A DNA stretch of 63,801 nucleotides, counting the filler, from Folioceros fuciformis (Eukaryota), in NCBI GenBank assembly GCA_049999805.1. It is 7 parts of 7 records of this genome, joined end to end, with 100 filler letters (N's around TTAATTAATTAA, not from the genome) between each part and the next. Parts side by side here need not be neighbours in the genome. Positions count along the whole stretch, not along the records: positions 43,416 to 57,793 come from JBNGIO010001688.1; positions 57,894 to 63,801 come from JBNGIO010001689.1; 5 more parts are not named here. One strand, written 5' to 3'. The translations under genes and the position numbers were made by a program. Positions 48,162 through 61,021 of this stretch are shown here, one piece after another; the first letter of the stretch is position 1; the number at the start of each line of letters is the position of its first letter. The notes under the pieces were generated by a model. The model was not told the origin of the DNA. It worked only from the letters and a program-made list of their open reading frames with translations, and made no database searches.

Positions 48162-49930
48162 CCCTTTTCATTAAAAAATTTGAACCTTTAAAGATTGGCG
48201 TCCTTAATGACTTGGAAAGTAACCAAGGAGAATTTCTGGAATTGTGAACATATCAATGAGTTGTCATTTCTCACAACAGCCCTTGGAATGCTTAGAACTT
48301 TCATTGGTTGAAGCCCTCATTGTCAAAATGGGTATATGACTCTAATTCTTGCAAGAAATCTTTCACATCCTTCTCTCTTTTTCCAAAGAAAGAGTAGGGC
48401 TGCTTGATTGTGACTCCCATCATGCTAGTTGTCATAACTACCATTGGACTCTCCTCAAATTGCTGAGATGTTGATGCAGAAGACAAGACAGGGCAAGTGT
48501 GCAATGCAACACAACCCACTATTGTCTTTGCACTTGCCCCTTTGTACGACAACCTAATATCGTCTACGAACTTGCCCCTCTACAAGACAACCCAGTATTG
48601 TTTGCACACTTGCCTTGATGTATTGATGTGATGGAAGGAAGCAAACACTTGAAGCCTTATGGAGCTGCAGCACCAAAATATAGCAATAAATAAATATGTA
48701 CAAAGTGTTGTGTGGTGTGAATAAAAAAAATAATCATTAACCAATGAATCCTGCATGAATATAGCATATTGGACAACACAACATCTATTTATCTTCATCA
48801 TGGTTTGGTTTAGAGTACTAACGTTTTTTCAATGATGTATTGTATCGAAGTATGTGGGGTGTGGAAATTACTTTAGAGCCTTGTTTTGAGTAGTACCTAA
48901 AGGTGGGAGTGGAGACTCTCATGTTCTTCGAGCCCAATACTTGCGTTTGGTTAATCCTTCTCTTGCCCTAAAGGTGTAAGTTTTTTGTTCTAAACCTTAG
49001 TTCTCTTATTTTATAGCTTGTACACATCTTCACCTTGGAAAGACCTATAATTTGCACTACCACATGCTTAAGTTGTCCTAACTAATGTATGATGACATGG
49101 ATGTTTCATCTATGTTTCCTCATTTTAACCATAACAGTATTAATTCATCCTATAGGGTTGCTTCAAATAGGGTACTATAATAGGTCTAACCCTTATAGGG
49201 TACTATAATATTGCTTCAAATTCTCAACTTTTATTTGATCTTCTTTAAGGTATTTGGTCCATGTGGTGTTAATGATATGTGTACAAAGCATCACCTATAT
49301 TGCAAATATTTTAAAGGTGGGGTTGATTTAGCTTTTAGGTGATAAATAGACCCTTCCTTTTCCTTTTAGAGTATACTTTTCTTATTATAAATTATGGCAT
49401 GAGACACTAATCTTGTAACTAGGAGGATACGAAAGGGTTGTAACGAAATACTGCTTTTTTTGTTTTATAGAAAAACAAAGAAATGCATCACTAATAATCT
49501 TATAGCTTGGGGATACGATGCTGCTTACTATGTGCTTAGTATAGGCTGGGATTCCTTACTTTGTGCTTAGCATAAGCTAGGATTCCTTGCGGGGTGATGG
49601 ATAGTCATTTTGTATATGTTTCCATTTGGAGAAGCGGATATCCATGCCCTAACTTCTTAACAAGTTGACTAGGCAGCTTTTTGTTGAAGCTTGTTCGCAA
49701 ATCCAACTTATCGAACTTGTGGCAGGGCTAGTCCCTTAGTTTTGAATTGCCCATAGGATGGATTGTTCTAATTGTAGAACTCTTTTTCATTCATTAGTTG
49801 AGACACGTTTTACTCCCAATACTTGAGGGTTGGACCCGAACGAGTCTTCGGGTGTCACTTATTCTGCGTGCCGCTTGTCTAGCTTTCAGCCTTGGCTGTC
49901 TGCCAGGTAGCTTGTTGCAGCCCTGGCAGG

Positions 49931-51616
49931 ATGAGCATTGTGCCCAAAGAGACGATCCAAATTATAGCGCAGAGTATGGGCTTGATCAACATCCCTGAAG
50001 ATGTGGCAGCAGCGCTGGCGGCGGATGTGGAGTACCGCATGCGAGAGATTATGCAGGAAGCGATCAAAAGCATGCGTCACTCCAAGAGGTCAATTATGAC
50101 AACGGAGGATGTCAGCTGCGCGCTGAGCTTCCGTAATGTGGAGCCCCTGTATCGTTTTTCATCTTCCGATCCTTCGCGCTTCAGGAAGGAGGCAGGTCAT
50201 CCCGACATCTATTACATTGATGACCGGGAGCTGGATTTTAAGGAGGTGGTGGAGGCGCCATTGCCTAGGGCTCCTCTGGATACCTCAATCGTGGTCCACT
50301 GGCTGGCTGTAGAGGGAGTCCAACCTGCCATTCCTGAGAACACACCAGTGGAAGGTTTTACTACCCCTCTGGAGGAGAAGAAAGGGGAGCACCAGGCGGG
50401 TGGGAAGAAAGAGGAAGACTTACCTTATGACATCAAGCCATCTGTCAAGCATAGCCTCTCTCGCGAGCTACAGCAATACTTCACCGCAATTACGGAGCTC
50501 CTGGTGAATGGAGCAGACGAAGGGATGGTGAAGGCTGCACTGGCTAGTCTGGCTACCGACTCGGGGCTTCATGCCCTGGTTCCTTATCTCACTCAGTTTG
50601 TCTCAGATGAAGTGACACGAAGTCTGGACGAGTTCCCCCTCTTGTTCTCCTTGATGCGTTGCGTGCAGAGTCTGCTTCTGAACCCTCACATCCATATTGA
50701 ACCCTATTTGCACCAGCTGATGCCGTCTGTGATAACATGCCTGGTTGCCAGGCGATTAGGAGGAAACTCTTTAGAAAATCACTGGCAGCTCCGAGATTTT
50801 ACGGCCAGGATAGTGGCTTTTGTTTGCAGAAGATTTGGACATGCATACCAGGACTTGCAACCCAGGGTGACGAGGACTCTCGTCCACGCTTTCTTGGACC
50901 CTAAGCGTGCAATTACCCAACACTATGGCGCCATACAGGGGCTTGCGGCTTTGGGCTCGAGGGTTGTAAGACTGTTATTGTTACCTAACTTGACGACTTA
51001 TCTTCAGCTCCTGGCGCCAGAAATGTGCTTGGATTCTCAGCCCAATGGGATCAAACGGTACGAAGCTTGGCGAGTGTACGGTGCGTTATTGGTTGCAGTT
51101 GGAGATTGCCTGTATGAGATCCTGAAATCTCAACCAAGCTTACTCGCTGTTAGGTCGAGAGCTGTTTTGAAACCTAGTGCAAAGGTAGCCGCAGGTTTGC
51201 ATAAAACTGACCTTGCAGTGAGCAGCGACACCCCAGCCTCAGCAGTTAGTGCATTTGGAAAAAGGCCCAATTCAACAACAGATCTTAGTCCGCAACCATT
51301 GCAGAAGAAAGCCTTTTGTCAAACAAGTTTGCCAGATTCACTGCCCATGCCTTCCAGTGATGTCCTTTCAGTTGATATGGAAATGAAAGATGGAGATGCC
51401 ACGGCAGGCGTGTTGACAGATGGTGCGGAAGCGAAAAGATCTCAAAAGGAGAGTCAATCAGACGTGCAGATGGAAAAGCAGGTGGCTGTTATGAAGGTGA
51501 GCCTTCTGGTAAAAGGGGAGGCCGACATCGGGCCTCTGCTCGACTCTGTTGTTGAAATGTTTGGGGAGTCCATGCTCCCGTTCGTCCCAACGAAGGAACT
51601 CTCCTTGTTCGTCTAG
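49931..51616 (+). CDS. TAF6: Transcription initiation factor TFIID subunit 6, intronless CDS
   Basis: Histone fold MSIVPKETIQ...DVEYRMREIMQEAIK, HWLAVEGVQPAIPEN, KHSLSRELQ, IEPYLHQLMPSVITCLVA and NHWQLRDF. Confidence 0.95.
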   Translation: MSIVPKETIQIIAQSMGLINIPEDVAAALAADVEYRMREIMQEAIKSMRHSKRSIMTTEDVSCALSFRNVEPLYRFSSSDPSRFRKEAGHPDIYYIDDRELDFKEVVEAPLPRAPLDTSIVVHWLAVEGVQPAIPENTPVEGFTTPLEEKKGEHQAGGKKEEDLPYDIKPSVKHSLSRELQQYFTAITELLVNGADEGMVKAALASLATDSGLHALVPYLTQFVSDEVTRSLDEFPLLFSLMRCVQSLLLNPHIHIEPYLHQLMPSVITCLVARRLGGNSLENHWQLRDFTARIVAFVCRRFGHAYQDLQPRVTRTLVHAFLDPKRAITQHYGAIQGLAALGSRVVRLLLLPNLTTYLQLLAPEMCLDSQPNGIKRYEAWRVYGALLVAVGDCLYEILKSQPSLLAVRSRAVLKPSAKVAAGLHKTDLAVSSDTPASAVSAFGKRPNSTTDLSPQPLQKKAFCQTSLPDSLPMPSSDVLSVDMEMKDGDATAGVLTDGAEAKRSQKESQSDVQMEKQVAVMKVSLLVKGEADIGPLLDSVVEMFGESMLPFVPTKELSLFV

Positions 51617-52464
51617 CCAGTCCCGGACTTTGTTTAACATGATGAAGCAGTTCACCAAGGGCTGGTTTTTAAGGCACACCTGTTCGCTCGCTCGTGCGTT
51701 GATAATAACCACGTCCCCTTTCCATGGATGTAGATGTTTTATCTTCGCCGCGCCACGTGCGCTCTCTCATGTGATTAACCGTAACCAAGCGCTTTGCAAG
51801 ATGCATCTTGCGAGGCAATCGGCCTGAACAGGATTTGTTGGGCATGTGATTCAGCCTGGATAGGTTTGATTAGGACATTTGTCAGGGCATCATCACTGGG
51901 TATTCATTTGAATGAAGATGTCCATTTAAGACCGCGTGGCAAAGACGAATATTTTATTTAATGAAGAAATGGCAGATTTATTTATCCCAAACAAAGAAAA
52001 AAAATCACCTTGTATATGGTTTGTGGGTCTAACTGAATTTCTTCTTTCATGAGGTAGATAAATTTTCCTATTGAGATAGATAAAATTTTCTATCTTGTTT
52101 TTCCTCTTTTATAAAGGTAGATGAATTATCCATTTTGTTCCACACTTTTTATCATTGGTTCCATGGATGAATTTTTCATCCTGTTTTTTCAATGAAGTAT
52201 CCATTCCACAAAGTTCATCATTGGTTGCATGCTTGAAGGAGTCATTTTATGAATGGTTCAAGCAATCAATGCGTGAGTATGCACCAAGGTGATTATAACC
52301 ATGCTGTAGAGAAAAGAAATCTAAGATACTTATTTATTTGAAAATAAGCAGCTCAATGCCGAGAAACAGATCTAAGATTCACTTACCCCTTGCGGGGTTA
52401 AATTCGATCCACCATCAATTATTTTCTCTGAAACAAAATTGCCACACTAGCACCTTGAGAAGCA

Positions 52465-55400
52465 TCATCTCTCTAGCAACATCACCATCTCACAGTGATT
52501 GGTATGAGGGAACATATCCACGCCAACTGCTTTCACGGGGCGGAATGGCGTAGATTCTGGCATGCTTTTAATCCTTTGCCTAGCATGGGTCATCTTGCTC
52601 ATTCCCTTAAAATTCCTCCTCGACTTACTGCTATCCTTGTCCACTGCCTTTTTGTCCAGTGGTGTGCACAGCTCCACAGCATTGGCCATCAACGTCTCAG
52701 GGTTACAAGAAATGTACCTGCCAAGCAAAGAAAAGTCAAGACAACCAAACCTTCGAGCGGTAGCTAGGAGACCCTGTATTCCGTTACTTTGCACTTACAC
52801 AATTCGGTTCAGCTGAGAATGTAGCCTAAGGGTTCGCAAGACCTGAACAAATCCATACCAGCCTGGAGTCAGTTTCAAACCAGCCTGCATTGCAAACCAT
52901 ACCAACACTGCAAGATATCAAAATCAACATTCCATGTCTACAAAATATTACCACAGGGTGCAGACCACTGCGGGGAGGATCCACTATCACCACTACGTCT
53001 TTGAACTTTCTGAGGCCTCCTTTGTCGACCGGAACTTCCGTTTCCTCCCTGTCATTCATGGCACCTGCAACACTGGCCGCATCTGCAGGTGGACATGCAT
53101 CTCCCTGCGTCGTTGCATCTACCTCGTCCTCACATGCCTGTGGGCCTGCCTCATGACTGCTGTCAGCGCTGTCAACTGAGGGCATCACATACTTGTCAAG
53201 CATGTCCTTCATCACATCTTCAGCCTGACATGGAAGCCCGATACATTAGCTCCAGATCTAACACACTGGCCAACAGCAATAAAATCCATCTCAAGCAAGA
53301 CGTTTCCAGCAGTTTAACCCCTAACTTATGCGCCTAGGCATATGATTCATTGATCGTGAAACCATCACACGGCCACAGAGAAATCGTTACCTTTCCACAG
53401 ACAAAGTCACAGTTATGGATTCCATTTATCTTCGCATTTGTCCATGCATCACTAACTGCCGAGGAGTTCATTTCAATCCCCACAACCTAGAGACAACGGG
53501 ACGTGCTGGGTAAATAACTGAAAACGCTGGCCCAATTGCAGGATGGTCAGAACGAGTTGCAGCATTCAAATAGTTTGGCAAACCTACCAGTCCCACGTGA
53601 TGTGCCAACGTGAGGCCAATTGTTCCAGTTCCACAGCAAACATCAAAGAGCAAAGTATCAGGTCCAAGTCGTGCCCACTCTCCTGCTACAGAGTAGAGCC
53701 TTTCGGCTGCTAGAGTGTTAACCTGCCAAGGGTGTCAACATGCATTGGAGCTTCAAAGTGGAGGATATCGCCATAAAGCAACGCAAATGGGATTCACTGG
53801 GAGCAGGCAACTGTTTGGTTTCTCCTTCACAACATACTTGAAAGAAGGCTGTTGGAGATATCTGAAAACAGAGATCTAGTATGTGATCGTGGATGTGCTT
53901 GGTGTTTGGACTTTCTTCCCGTGTCATTACGTCTGCATTCTCTGACAATGCTTGTCCCACCGGAAGCTCAATGAGCGGGCAATCGGCTGGTGCAGCATTT
54001 GAAATTCCGATGTGTTCCTGCTAACCACTTGGAATTAGGAAATGAAGATTCGAAAGGAAACATCTCCATTTTACCGAAACCAAAAAAAAACAAAACCAAC
54101 AACAACCTTGTCAGTCAATATCGGAGTCTCTCAGCAAAGCTTCTAAAGCAAGAAACAAGGTTACCTGAACTAGCAAGGCGGTTAGCGGAAGTTGTGGTTC
54201 TGCTTTACGTGCAACCTCTGAAAGAGCAATTGCTACATTCCTATACCCCTGAGTAAGCTTTTCCTGAGGGATTCCTACTGGGCATACCTACAAATTGGGC
54301 AAACAGGACTACAGCCATTAACAGATGGTAATGAATTTGGCTCATCAAAACATGAGTTGACTTGACGAATTACTGGTACCACCAATCACTACGCTTGCAG
54401 AATCGCAGAGCTTACAACCTGCACTATCAGCATCACTTCCAACACAGGTGGAATAGTGGAGCTGGCCAGATCCTTTCTCCCTCGTCCCTCCCGAACCTGG
54501 GTCAACATAAAAAACGAATATTAAAAGTCTTGACATAGGACGGTCGACAGAAAGCCAGAAAGTCTTACGCAGAGAAGCCAAGTTCAACAGCTTACTGTAA
54601 GCATGCGCCAGAAACCGCTGTTAGAGTACTTGTTCCAGACTGGCAGATCAGAGTTTTCCACCAAACCTTGTAAAGCAGATGCAAAAGCTTGTGCAATATT
54701 TGAGACATTCCTGCACTTGCTTGGCTCCGCAATAGCAGTTATTCCTTCTCTGCGTGATCACCAACGCACCTGTCAAATTCACTTCATATCAGAGCTTCCC
54801 ACCTACCTCGTTTAACTGTCACTGCATAAATGTTGGATACATTTCAAACTTGAACCTGAAGTTGCCGAGCTGAAACCCCACAACCCGTTTGCCATCCGTG
54901 GAAGAGCCAATGCTGAATTCGCACTTATTGCGATAACCATCAATAATAGGTGACGGAATTATATCTTCAAGCTCGCATGGTAGCGCATCTGTGGGACAAG
55001 ATAGATTGGTACTAGGAACTAGACGACCCTCATGTTATCCTGAGAATGTGCAAAACAGTTTGGCACCTGGGTCCCTTGCAGCACGGATCCAGTCAGGAAG
55101 AAGCACACCTGCCGCACAGCCCTTCCGGGTGTTGCGTACCTGAACAAACAAAAGTCAGGGTAATGATATGAATTAAAACACAACAAAGCACGTGTCAATG
55201 TGAAACCATCCAACAAGCTAACTTGGACTGCCATAGGAGCGGGCCGGAAGTTCGAGATGGCATACAAGTCGCTTGAGAATTTGTGCAAGTGCACTTTTTT
55301 TGGAATTAAGTTGCTCACTATAAGGTATCTTCGCAAGTGGCGTCACAGCATCACAAATATCCCTTATAGTCTTCCCGCACAGCTGATCAGTCTGCTTGCT

Positions 55401-56837
55401 CTCACTGCATAGTTCATTCAGCAAAGACTTTCCATCTTCCGCCTTCTTCTCCCATGAACGAGGAAGAACATCTGCCAGACTCAGCCGCTGCCGTTGAACT
55501 GAAAGGCTCTCAACAACCTGATAGACATCGACAATTTAGAGGCATTAGTAAGGGACACCTGAATTGGCACTTCTGATTGAATTTTGCAAATACATCGCTA
55601 AGCTTGGATACCGTGGTCGTCTCCAACACTTGGTCGATGTTCTGAAATGCTAGGAACCCCACATTGAGGCCCTTCTTCTTCTTGGCATGGGCGTACTCAA
55701 TACTCTGCTCACACAAACCGTAATGTAAGTCATACGATAATCGGTTCTTTGGGATGCTGGACTCCGCGACTACTATGCAACTGCCTAGAACTGCAATTGT
55801 CTCGAGCTCACGTTTTTTCCCAAAAACTCCTTGAATTTATCCGAATTCCAAGTTGCCGGTAAATTCCTGACACACTTCCATAATACATCTGAGCTCGAAT
55901 CACAGATCTCGTCCTCTGCATTAGCTGCCTCAGCATTTGCAGTATTTTGGGTTGTCATATTAGCCAGTATCTCTCGCTCTCTCTGTATCCTCTTGGCCTT
56001 CTCAGAAGTGGGATCCCAGGATCCGTCAGGTCTCTGCTGCAGCTCTTCCTCACCATGTGCGTAACTGCATTGATTGCCGTGATTGCACCCTCTCTTCCGA
56101 AAGAACGAGCACAGACTCGTTTTGTACAGGTCGACGCCACTTCTTTCTTTTCCATCAGGCTGCTCCGCCTTAGGTTCTACGTCATGGATTTCATTTCCCT
56201 CCTTTGCAGGTTCTGCAGCCTTAAGTGAAGTAGATTGAGGGCTTGGCGGTTTCCCCTCATTGTGCTGGACCATAGGACCTACAAAAGGCAAAAACACAAA
56301 TTTTGTCACGGCCTGCACGAAGTAAAAGAACTTCTCTGCTTCCTACACACTAAGCCTGCAAAAATGCATCGAGTCTACCTGTTTCACAAGGAAGATCACT
56401 TCTTATGTCGGAGGCCGGAGCTGATGGTCCTGCATCAGCAAGCGCACCGCCCTGCAACCCTTCGCCCACGTTTGTTTCCGGGCTATTTTCCCCGCTTGCA
56501 GCTCCTCCAGCCTTGAGTGGAGCCGACTGTGGGCTTGTCAATTGCCCATCATCATCATTATGACCTATCAGTGGCAACAACACAAAATTCTATCAAGGCC
56601 TGAACAAAGTGAAGGACTTTGCTGCTTCTTACAGCGCCAGCGTTCACTGACTCTACCTGTTTCACGAGGATGATCAATTCTCAAGTCGTAGGCCGGAGCT
56701 GGTGGCCCTGCATCAGCAAGTGCACCGCCCTGGGACTCTACGCCACTATTCTCGAGCGGAGAGAGCTTGGGATTCTTTGCAGGAGGCTGATCGTCTGCCT
56801 CAATTGTAGGGCGGGGATGATCCAGTGACAACGACAT
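52465..56837 (-). CDS. TRM2A: CCCH zinc-finger tRNA (uracil-5)-methyltransferase (TRM2A-like), multi-exon
   Basis: Exons encode YKTSLCSFFRKRGCNHGNQCSYAHG, GYRNKCEFSIG, FQISPTAFFQV, FDVCCGTGTIGL, IVDPPRSGLHP, YISCNPETL and VDMFPHTNHCEMVMLLER. Start codon tentative. Confidence 0.92.
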
Positions 56838-59222
56838 TGCTCTGGTAGCTCCAGACTCCTGCTCCCTGTGCGGTCTCCAGGTCAATTCATAGCCTTGTGG
56901 TGACCTGCCTTCGTGCATGAACTTCGCGTGGCCATTGTGGTCCAGTTTCCTGAAGGAAATTTACAAGCGTTTGGAGGGCATAGGGTTTAAGTGATTCTGA
57001 CCGTGTTCTATGTGGGGACTTGGTCGGGACGTTTCATCTTGCCAATTAATTTGTGCGATCTATATGTTGTCTCTAGCATGAGAGTGTGGGGTATGATCTG
57101 AATGCACTGGGACCAGCCTCGTGCACCAGGCAAAAGTCAGGCAAGCGGAGCATCCCACAGTTCTGGTCCCAGCTTGCGGGCCGTCACCTTGTGCAGGACG
57201 ATATTGGATAAGTTTTGCAATGCTGGCAGGCTCCCGTCATTGTGCGTGTCACAATCGATTATGGCACTCAAGGTGTGGAGGTGCCTGGCAGTGTCGTACC
57301 GTGTACCATCTCCGACATGGCGCACAACGCGGAACTGGGTCTCCTCATTCGAAGTGGAACGCCATCTCGGTCATTTTGTTGGGCAAAATGACACAGTTGT
57401 AGAACGTGGGTGGAACAAATTGTCTCTACTCGGTTTGGAGAAGGTGGTCGACTGGCTCTTTCGGGTAAGAACCTCGTGAATTTTCCCAGCAGGAAGATTG
57501 AGGAAAGGCTACCTTCAAAGCTCGTTGTCCGCTGGGGTTGCAAGTTCGACTGTTTGGGATATTAATTATCAGCTTCATTCCAGGGAAGTCACTCAAGGTT
57601 CTTGGAATTGTGTTCCTGGAAAGCATGTGAATCCTTGTGGATTCAGAGCTGGCTGAACCCCTTCTGTCCGACAGCCGAGTTAGCTGTCGTGGGAATCGCT
57701 GAACATGTTTTGCTTGCGGACTGTGAAGCCTCGGGTGAGCAATATGAGAGGTGTGAAGCCTGCGCTTTTCAGTTGCACTGCCTTCCCCTAGACNNNNNNN
57801 NNNNNNNNNNNNNNNNNNNNNNNNNNNNNNNNNNNNNTTAATTAATTAANNNNNNNNNNNNNNNNNNNNNNNNNNNNNNNNNNNNNNNNNNNNCCTCACG
57901 GTCATTAGGAACCCGAGCTTTATGCGTTTCACCTGACAAAAGAGACGCGGGACAAGCGGGCCTGGCCCGTTGCTGCCGGTTGCCCTGTGGGTCGTGACCG
58001 CGTGACCGGGAATCGGTCAAGGCGGGGAGGGCCTCCAATTATGGAGCACTGTGCCACAGCCAGAGCTGGGCTCCGTGGCCCTTGCCTCACCATGGCCTGC
58101 CTGGCGCTGCCGAACTTTGTTTCCTTTTCTATCATTATTTGTATGGAGGTCGGAGGAGGGGGCTGGAAACGGTTTTCACTGTATCGCCGTCCGCGGCACA
58201 TGTCCACACCATTATTACGCTCCACGTGACCGACCGGGAATTCCCGGTGGCCGTCCCTGCCACTAAGGGGTGGCTCGAATCCCGAGCCCAAGACCGAGCC
58301 GGAACCTCGACCCGAACGGGGCATGGTGAACGGGGCTGTTTCCTGTCTCCTGTCTCCTGGATCCTCCGTCCGTGTTGGATGTAGCGCTCCATGTGCTCTC
58401 TCTACTCGGCTGGACACCTCCAATAATGCACACAGGGGCTAGGGGCAGAGAGGGGTAGGTGGTCGGTGGACTCCCACTCGCTCCACTGTCGTGCTCCCTC
58501 GTCATTGTCACGGCGCCTGTGGAAAGGGCTTGAAACGTGGAAGCTTTTCACTCTCCTTCTACCTTGCCGTGCTTGCAATGTCAAGCTGCCTTGCCCCTTC
58601 CTACTGCTTCTCAAACTCCTTGCTCGCTACTGGAGGGAGGAGGAAGAAGATGAAGCAGCCTAGTCTAGCCTACCCTGGACTGGGCTGGCCTGGCCTGGCC
58701 TGGCCTGGCCTTGCCTGGCTAAGCTCGATGTAACTCCATTGGTCCCTCCTTCTACCCACCTTCCTTGCTGTTGCTCGTGTTGCAGTTGTGTAGCAGTATT
58801 GTACCTGGAATATCGTGGGTACATGCCCTCTATGTATGTAAGTGGTCACTTGTTGTACAACAATTAGGGCACGATGTTGCCCACGCGCAAGACACCAGCG
58901 GGGCATAAGCTTTGCGTGTCTCTGCTCATCCTTCACTTTTCTGGCCTGCTCAGGGGAGTCGTGTCGCGAGACCGACTGCCTTTGCGGCTATCACGCGTCA
59001 AAGCTTGCGAGTTAAGCAAGCACACCACGTTGTTTTCATACAGAGGAGGAAAGAAAGGGGGGAAGGAAGGATGGGCAAGGGCCCTTGAAGGGCAAGGCAG
59101 GGAAGGAAATTAAGGGAAGGCAACGCAACCGGAGACATTCAGTGCTGTTGCAACGGAATAGAGCGCTGGAGCTCACCGAGGGGAGGAAGTAGCGGGGTCC
59201 AGGGCCGGATCCATCCGCACGC

Positions 59223-59758
59223 ATGGCCCAAGCATCAGCACTGATTTCCGCACCTCTTACGCCATGGCAGATACGGAAGGAGGCCCAGCGGCTTGAGTCA
59301 GCTTGCACCATTCCTCATCGGAGTCCGAGTCCGAGTCCCTGTCCCAGACCAAAGCATGGCAGAGCAGAATTCGGGATAAACCTCCGGGGCGCCGGATCGG
59401 GTGTCCGCGCGTCGGCGGGAGAAGACAGGTCGACGCACCCGCACCAGCAACGCCTGGATCCTTACGCGATTCTGGGGGTCAGCAGGGGCGCATCAAGCCA
59501 CGAAATCAAGCAAGCTTACCGGCGTCTTGTGCTCCGTGTAAACCACCTGCCCCAAATCCCGTTCGCAATTGTCCCGATTCCCGATGCAATGTGGCTGCCT
59601 GCCACCGGGTGCTAGCCTCTGCCTGCTAATGCTATTACGCTATTCAAATCTTGCCGCTAACTCCCTTCACTATGCCACTGTGCTGCCAGTGCCACCCGGA
59701 CGTCTGCCGCGATGAATATAGCGGGCCCGAGTTTCAGCGCATTCACGCTGCTTACGAG
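59223..59758 (+). CDS. Small plastid-type DnaJ (J-domain) protein, first two exons (59223-59537, 59690-59758); 3' exon(s) not resolved
   Basis: Transit-like N-terminus, DPYAILGVSRGASSHEIKQAYRRLVLR, then after a GT-AG intron CHPDVC...FQRIHAAYE with the HPD motif. Confidence 0.85.
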
Positions 59759-61021
59759 GTATGTGTGCAGTGTGCATTGTGCAGTGTGCAGTGTGCAATG
59801 CATTGTGTAACGCACTTTGTATCGGTACGGGTCCCGGCATCGCTGCTGCTGCACATGATGCTGCACCGCAGCGCGCCGCACCATACCACACCGCAACCAG
59901 AATCTCCAGAATGGCCAGGAAGCAAAAGACGGACATGGCGCTGTAGCACCCGCATCACGTGCATTGGCCGTTATCGAAGATCCAATGAATTTCGTTTGTC
60001 GCCTGGGCTGGGCTGGGCTGGCCAGTCCCATTGACATCCTGTTATCATTGGCTGGCAGAAACTTGTGAACAGGAGCCGCCTCCATCCTCGTCGAGAGGAT
60101 CGAATCGATTCGAACGCCGCTGCTTTCTGCTACCAGCAAATGTCACATGTAGGGGAACGAGGATCTTGTGATAACCTCTATTCCCCTCCAGATGATGGCA
60201 TTGGCAATTGCACTTGCACTTGCACTTGCTTCTGCTACGTCAAAGGCACTTGCGATTGCAATCGCACGCTCCATTCAAACCCCCGGCAGGCCTTCGGTTC
60301 CAAGAGTGCATCAACATCGCGCTGGGAAGACTGGTAGGAGGAGCACGCCATTCATGGAAATCCAAGCAACAGCTCAAGTACGTAAAATTTGCAAATCCCG
60401 GCCACTAGTGCTACGCTGAGCTAGGCTGCAGCTAGCTAGCTACCCAGCTAGATTGTACAAGAAAACGTCAGCAACAATATTATACAACCCTCTTGTGGGG
60501 TGGAGGGAGCAAAAGAGGTGGAATCCTCAGGAGAGGCTGGACTAGCAAGATGAACAAGACAACAATCTGGATAACGGGTGGCTCACTGGAGCGATGCAGA
60601 CTAGCAGCACAAAAGAAAATGCAGCAGCTTGACGCTGAGATTCTTCTAGCCCCGTCTCCAACCGGAACCGGTACCGGAACGGGTACCGGAACAGGAGACT
60701 CCTGAGAGTACCACAATCGTGTCATGTTTAGAGGCTTGGGTCATGGGGAAAGGGGGGAAAAAAACAAGCAAAAGAAACCAGCAGCAGTAGTGGCACCATC
60801 CGGGAGCTGCCATGCCGTTGCCATGCACAAGGACGATGACTGAAAGGGGCCCCTCCTCCCAAGGCACAGATTGTGGCAAATCCATGGGGGCCATGGCATG
60901 CGTTTGCCACGTCGCAATTCCCGGACTGAGTGATGTCAACAAATTTGCGTGGAAAAGAATGGTACAGGCAAAGGCTAGCTAGCTGGGTAGCTAGGGTTTC
61001 CGCTGCAGGAACGCACGATTG

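Noticed and set aside
48301-48552. Possible gypsy gag fragment (FFGKREKDVKDFL)
   Set aside because: Too short and degenerate to support a call.
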